From Pseudomonadota bacterium (GTDB lineage Bacteria > Pseudomonadota > Alphaproteobacteria > Paracaedibacterales > CAIOTO01): a stretch of 53,014 bases of DNA. Shown here piece by piece: positions 49,021 to 53,014 of the stretch. The stretch lies in the NCBI GenBank assembly GCA_040387495.1, contig JAZKDQ010000008.1:62001-115014 (forward strand), in the 5' to 3' direction. The position numbers and the translations under genes were made by a program. Under the pieces are notes generated by a model that had not been told where the DNA came from, made no database searches, and worked only from the letters and a program-made list of their open reading frames with translations. Position 1 is the first letter of the stretch. Every line of letters begins with the position of its first letter.

Positions 49021-49447
49021 ATTTTTAAATTCTATTTTTGATTTTATGGAAAGAGCTAAATAATCACATCAATATATAGTTAATGAGATTGTTAAGATAC
49101 AAAAAAAACAAATCACCTCTTCTTTTGATTACTAAATTAGTTGAAAAATTAGAACAAAATACATATCTATTTCAAGTTTAATTTTAAAGCAAATTTAAAC
49201 CAAACTTATGAGCATAGAAAATCACAGAGCGCCCGCAATAAGTTCGTGTGCTATGAATAAAATGTTGCGTATAGACAATATAATCCGTTATATAATATAG
49301 AATAACAATTCGTAGAAAAAACATCACGTGTCATTGTTCCGAAAACAGCGAAAGCCCTTGGGGGCATCATATTTCTTCTAGCGTATTTGCTGCTATATCC
49401 TTTTTGTATTTATTTTCATTATTAAAATTGTTCTCGGAGTTATCATT

Positions 49448-50749
49448 ATGGCATCGCCATCTTCTCAAAAAATGGGCCTTTGGACCCTTGTTACACTTGT
49501 TACTGGTAATTTAGTTGGTTCAGGTGTGTTTATGCTACCTGCCACACTTGCTGCTTTTGGTTCACTTTGCATTGGCGGATGGATTCTAACATCTATTGGG
49601 GCGGTTTTACTTTCATTTGTGTTTGCTGCATTAAGTGCTCGCCGTCCCAAGACTGGAGGACCTCACACATACGTTGAAGATGCTTTTGGTAAAACAGCTG
49701 CCTTTTATGTAGCATGGGGCTATTGGGTGCTTTCATGGGTGAGCAATGCAGCTCTTGTCGTTGGGGCAATTGGTTATACCTCATCCATTTTTGGTGGACT
49801 TTCACTTTTTACAACATTTTTGCTTGAAACGGGGTTAATCGCCATTATAGCTGCTGTCAATTTGTATGGTTTACAAGTAGCAGGCCGGTTTGAGTTTATA
49901 ATTACCGTACTAAAGTTAATTCCGCTTGTAGTAGTTCCTATTATTGCGATGTTTTACATTAAAGTTGATAACTTTATCCCGTTTAACGGATCTAATCTTT
50001 CAGACTTTTCGGCGATTAATGCGACAGCCTTATTAACGCTTTGGGCATTTATTGGTCTTGAAACGGGGACAGTGCCTGGAACTGATGTTGAAAACCCTAA
50101 AAAGAATATTCCACGTGCAATTCTAATTGGCACACTCGTCGCTGCTTTTGTTTATATCATAGGCACAATTGCAATCATGGGTGTGGTACCACGGACTGAG
50201 TTATTGCAATCAAAGGCACCTTATGCTGATTTAGCAGCACTATTGTTTGGTGGCTATTGGGGCGTTCCGGTTGCTGTTGTTGCTGCCATTTGTTGTATAG
50301 GGGCGCTTAATGGATGGACAATGGTTGTTGGCCGTATTGCCCTGGGTGCAGCAAATGACGGTTTATTTCCATCTATTTTCAAAGGCACAACAAAAACTGG
50401 CGCGCCACTTTGGGGGATTATTATTTCGTCGTTGTGTTCCATACCATTTGTAGCCTTATCAATGTCTGAAAGTTTGCTGCAGCAATTTAACTTTATTATT
50501 GATTTTTCATTGACCTTGGTGCTGGTTATTTATTTGGCGTGCATCGCGGCTTATTTTACGATTTTAAAACGCGATGGTAAGCTTAGCGTGAATGCGGTTC
50601 TCATTGGCGGGCTTTCACTTGTATTTTCGCTCTGGACACTGTGGGGTGCAAGTCACGTTATGTTGACGTGGTCATTTATTATATTGCTTGCTGGCGTGCC
50701 GGTATGGCTGTGGCAAAACCGGGGGCAGGGTGCTGTTGTTGGGGTATAG
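49448..50749 (+). CDS. APC family amino acid/polyamine permease (AdiC/PotE-like)
   Basis: GNLVGSGVF.LP, GGP..Y, LWAFIGLE, VENPKKNIPRA; about 12 TMs; GGAG SD. Confidence 0.9.
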   Translation: MASPSSQKMGLWTLVTLVTGNLVGSGVFMLPATLAAFGSLCIGGWILTSIGAVLLSFVFAALSARRPKTGGPHTYVEDAFGKTAAFYVAWGYWVLSWVSNAALVVGAIGYTSSIFGGLSLFTTFLLETGLIAIIAAVNLYGLQVAGRFEFIITVLKLIPLVVVPIIAMFYIKVDNFIPFNGSNLSDFSAINATALLTLWAFIGLETGTVPGTDVENPKKNIPRAILIGTLVAAFVYIIGTIAIMGVVPRTELLQSKAPYADLAALLFGGYWGVPVAVVAAICCIGALNGWTMVVGRIALGAANDGLFPSIFKGTTKTGAPLWGIIISSLCSIPFVALSMSESLLQQFNFIIDFSLTLVLVIYLACIAAYFTILKRDGKLSVNAVLIGGLSLVFSLWTLWGASHVMLTWSFIILLAGVPVWLWQNRGQGAVVGV

Positions 50750-50791
50750 ATAAAAAGAGACAGCTTTTTCGGCTGCCTCTTTTTATCTATA
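50745..50791. terminator. Bidirectional intrinsic terminator between convergent genes
   Basis: 20-bp inverted repeat tatagataaaaagagacagc / gctgcctctttttatctata (19/20). Confidence 0.85.
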
Positions 50792-50808
50792 ATATTAGCT
50801 TAACTATA

Positions 50809-52308
50809 TTAGAATCCAAAAAAGCTTTTCTTCTTTTCTAGTTTTTTACTCAAATCACCTGCAGCAGATGCATCAGAATTTCTTCTAGATGATGCTGTAT
50901 CTGATGTATTAGAGTTTCTTCTGGATATATCCACAGCAGCGATGCTATCAGTACGAGAAGCGACAGCCTTATTTTTTTGCATACAATCATAATATTCTTT
51001 CTTAGTAGCCTCAAGTTTTCCTAACAATGAATCTTTTTTAGATTGAGATGCTGCATCATAAGCTTCTTGAGCTTTTTTATAAGCGCGAGCAAGATTTACT
51101 TCTTTTTCTAATTCATTATATACTCTTTGAGCCTCAGCGACAGCTTCCTCATTATAGGGCTTTTGTTTTTTTGCAGCATTAAGAGTAATCAAAGCGTTAT
51201 CACGGTTTGCTTTAGCCTCAGCTTTAGCCTGGTTCGCATTTGTAACTATTACTGAAGAATTCTTTTTGAAAAATAGATTATCTTGAGTAGCGAAGACTTC
51301 TGTTGTGATTGGAAGCACAGCTGGAGCGTCATTACTATTAGCAGCAAGTGAGACATTTAAAGTATTGGTTTCTTTTAAGTCTTTTTCTTTTTGTTCTAAG
51401 GCGTCATCTGGAGAAGGAATTTGCACCTCAACTTTAGTAGAGTGAGATAGTGACAATAATTCATTAACTAAAGCTGTCTGAAGTGGGCCTACAGTATCCT
51501 CTCCATTCCTTGAGTCATCTATTGGCAATTTCTCTGACTCAGTAGTCAGTTTTTGGGTAGATAAAGAATTCAACATTGCATCAAAGGCTGGATTTTGGGC
51601 AGTAACTTTAAGTGTTGCTGAATCAGATGATGTTACATAGTGAACAAAAAGTGACGGTTTTGCATTAGTAGCGCTTAATTTTTCAATATGTTTAACTATT
51701 CCAGCGCTATGATTGCCATGTGTGCTAGTAAAACTATTCCTAAACATATCCACAGTTATGTTGCTTAAACCCTTGATTTCGATGAACAGATCTTCATTAA
51801 TTCCACTGATTGCTGCATCAATATCAAAATCAAGGCCAAAGATAGAACCAGCAAGCATTGACGCAATTTCATCGATAAGCGATAAAACACGGAAATGCCC
51901 GTAAAGGCTATCGCTTTTATCTAGTACGGCTAAACCATTTTTAGCAAGATCACTTTTCAATGTGTGATCTTGCGTTGAACGATAATGAGTAACTTTCTCA
52001 CCGATAATGGCTGTGATAATAACCATCTTTGTCTCGTCCGAGGCATGCCTGTTTGCATCAACCTTATTGCGATCTGATAAAAGGGTATTGATTTATATGG
52101 TATTTTCTTGATAGTTAGCTATTTCACCAGGAGTTTCAGTGTGCAGGGTGCACCGCTTGGTATCATGATCCTCAATAAATTTTAGTGCACGTTCTTCAGA
52201 AGTTAAAGGGTTTACACTCAGTCCTATTTGCACTGCAGCAGATGAAAAACAGCTTGTTGTTATAAAAAACAGCAAGAACGTTAATTGAATTTGAAATTTT
52301 ATTACCAT
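50809..52308 (-). pseudogene. Exported orphan protein gene interrupted by one in-frame TAA
   Basis: ORFs 52093..52308 and 50809..52026 share a frame: ...YQENTI*INTLLSDRNKVDANRHASDETKMVII...; 500 codons in total; signal peptide at the start. Confidence 0.7.
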
Positions 52309-52470
52309 AAAAGTTTTCCATAAGGCGTTAAACATATATTTATGTTCGCAGATTTAATAAGAAAAACCAAACGTAATTTATGTGTTGTTTTATTAAAAAT
52401 AAAAGTAATTTTTCTCAGCGACCTTTTTTCGTTCTTATTTTATCAATTGGGGAGGGGGAGGTAACAAAAG

Positions 52471-52557
52471 TGGTGCCTGCAGCCAGACTTGAACTGGCAC
52501 GAGCGTTCGCTCGACAGATTTTAAATCTGTTGTGTCTACCGATTTCACCATGCAGGC
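52471..52557 (-). tRNA. tRNA-Leu(TAA)
   Basis: GCCTGCA acceptor stem, ACAGA-TTTAAAA-TCTGT anticodon arm, long variable arm GAGC-GAAC-GCTC, encoded CCA. Confidence 0.97.
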
Positions 52558-52697
52558 AGTAAATCTTCAGATTTAAATCAATTGTGTCTCTATGTGACAC
52601 ACCTTGAATTGTTTAATTCAAATCTGAATCGGATAAACTTAAAATAAACTATTTTTGGTTAAAATAGCAATAGAGATGTTGGTGAGATGAGAAAAAA

Positions 52698-52969
52698 ATG
52701 ATGGCTGATGGTTTTTTAGAGCAACAATGGGATGCATATACCTCTGAAGAGCACGCATTGTGGCGCTTATTGGTTGCTCAGCAGCGCGATATTCTGCAAG
52801 GACGCGCTGTTAAAGTTTTTATTGATGGCATTGATTTTTTGGGGATAAGCCCAACAGGCATACCTAAATTTAGTGGCTGAATGAAAAATTAATGGAATGT
52901 ACTGGCTGGGAAGTTGTGGCCGTTCCGGGTTTAGTACCTGATGAGATGTTTTTTGAACTGTTCAACTGA
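52698..52969 (+). pseudogene. phhA: Phenylalanine 4-monooxygenase fragment, frameshifted and truncated
   Basis: QQWDAYTSEEHALWRLL..QQ...L.GRA...F..G...GIPKF, then in a shifted frame LNEKLMECTGWEVVAVPGLVPDEMFFEL, then FN* at 52967-52969. Confidence 0.85.
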
Positions 52970-53014
52970 TTGCTAGTTTCGTTTGTTCAAGAAACCCTTT
53001 GTTTTCCTAGGTTC

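Noticed and set aside
44911..52470. tRNA-anchored integrative island between tRNA-Thr and tRNA-Leu
   Set aside because: No integrase and no duplicated tRNA 3' end (att site) found; only partly atypical composition
52380..52600. ORFs 52380..52562 and 52415..52600
   Set aside because: They overlap tRNA-Leu and are translations of the tRNA sequence

Overview
This 53 kb window is AT-rich bacterial chromosome of roughly 38-40% GC, estimated by eye. The gene set (ntrY-ntrX-trkA, mucR/ros, DUF465, glyA-nrdR, a GlpT/UhpC sugar-phosphate transporter) points to an alphaproteobacterium, most plausibly a host-associated Holosporales/Rickettsiales-like lineage; this is inference. Most of it is housekeeping: mrcA, prmC, rsmA, gltX, tmk, rlmD, rmuC, hemF, priA, rsmB, fieF, nrdR, glyA, tRNA-Thr(GGT) and tRNA-Leu(TAA). 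Single very AT-rich orphan genes, mostly with export signals, are interspersed. I found no CRISPR array, prophage, integrase or intact transposase, and I cannot point to a clearly new multi-gene system. The best leads are: (1) an intact Fic-family gene whose catalytic and inhibitory motifs are both rewritten, placed in tandem with an APH(6)-like kinase; (2) exported orphans with effector-like features, namely a lipoprotein with a SAM-methyltransferase-like fold, a protein with repeated R-x(1-4)-T-P motifs and one with twin RRNS motifs; (3) three broken genes that the ORF track misses or splits; (4) two palindromic REP/RPE/MITE-like elements; (5) a ~16% GC in-frame segment inside an ArnT-like gene. 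A 10-N assembly gap splits trkA.
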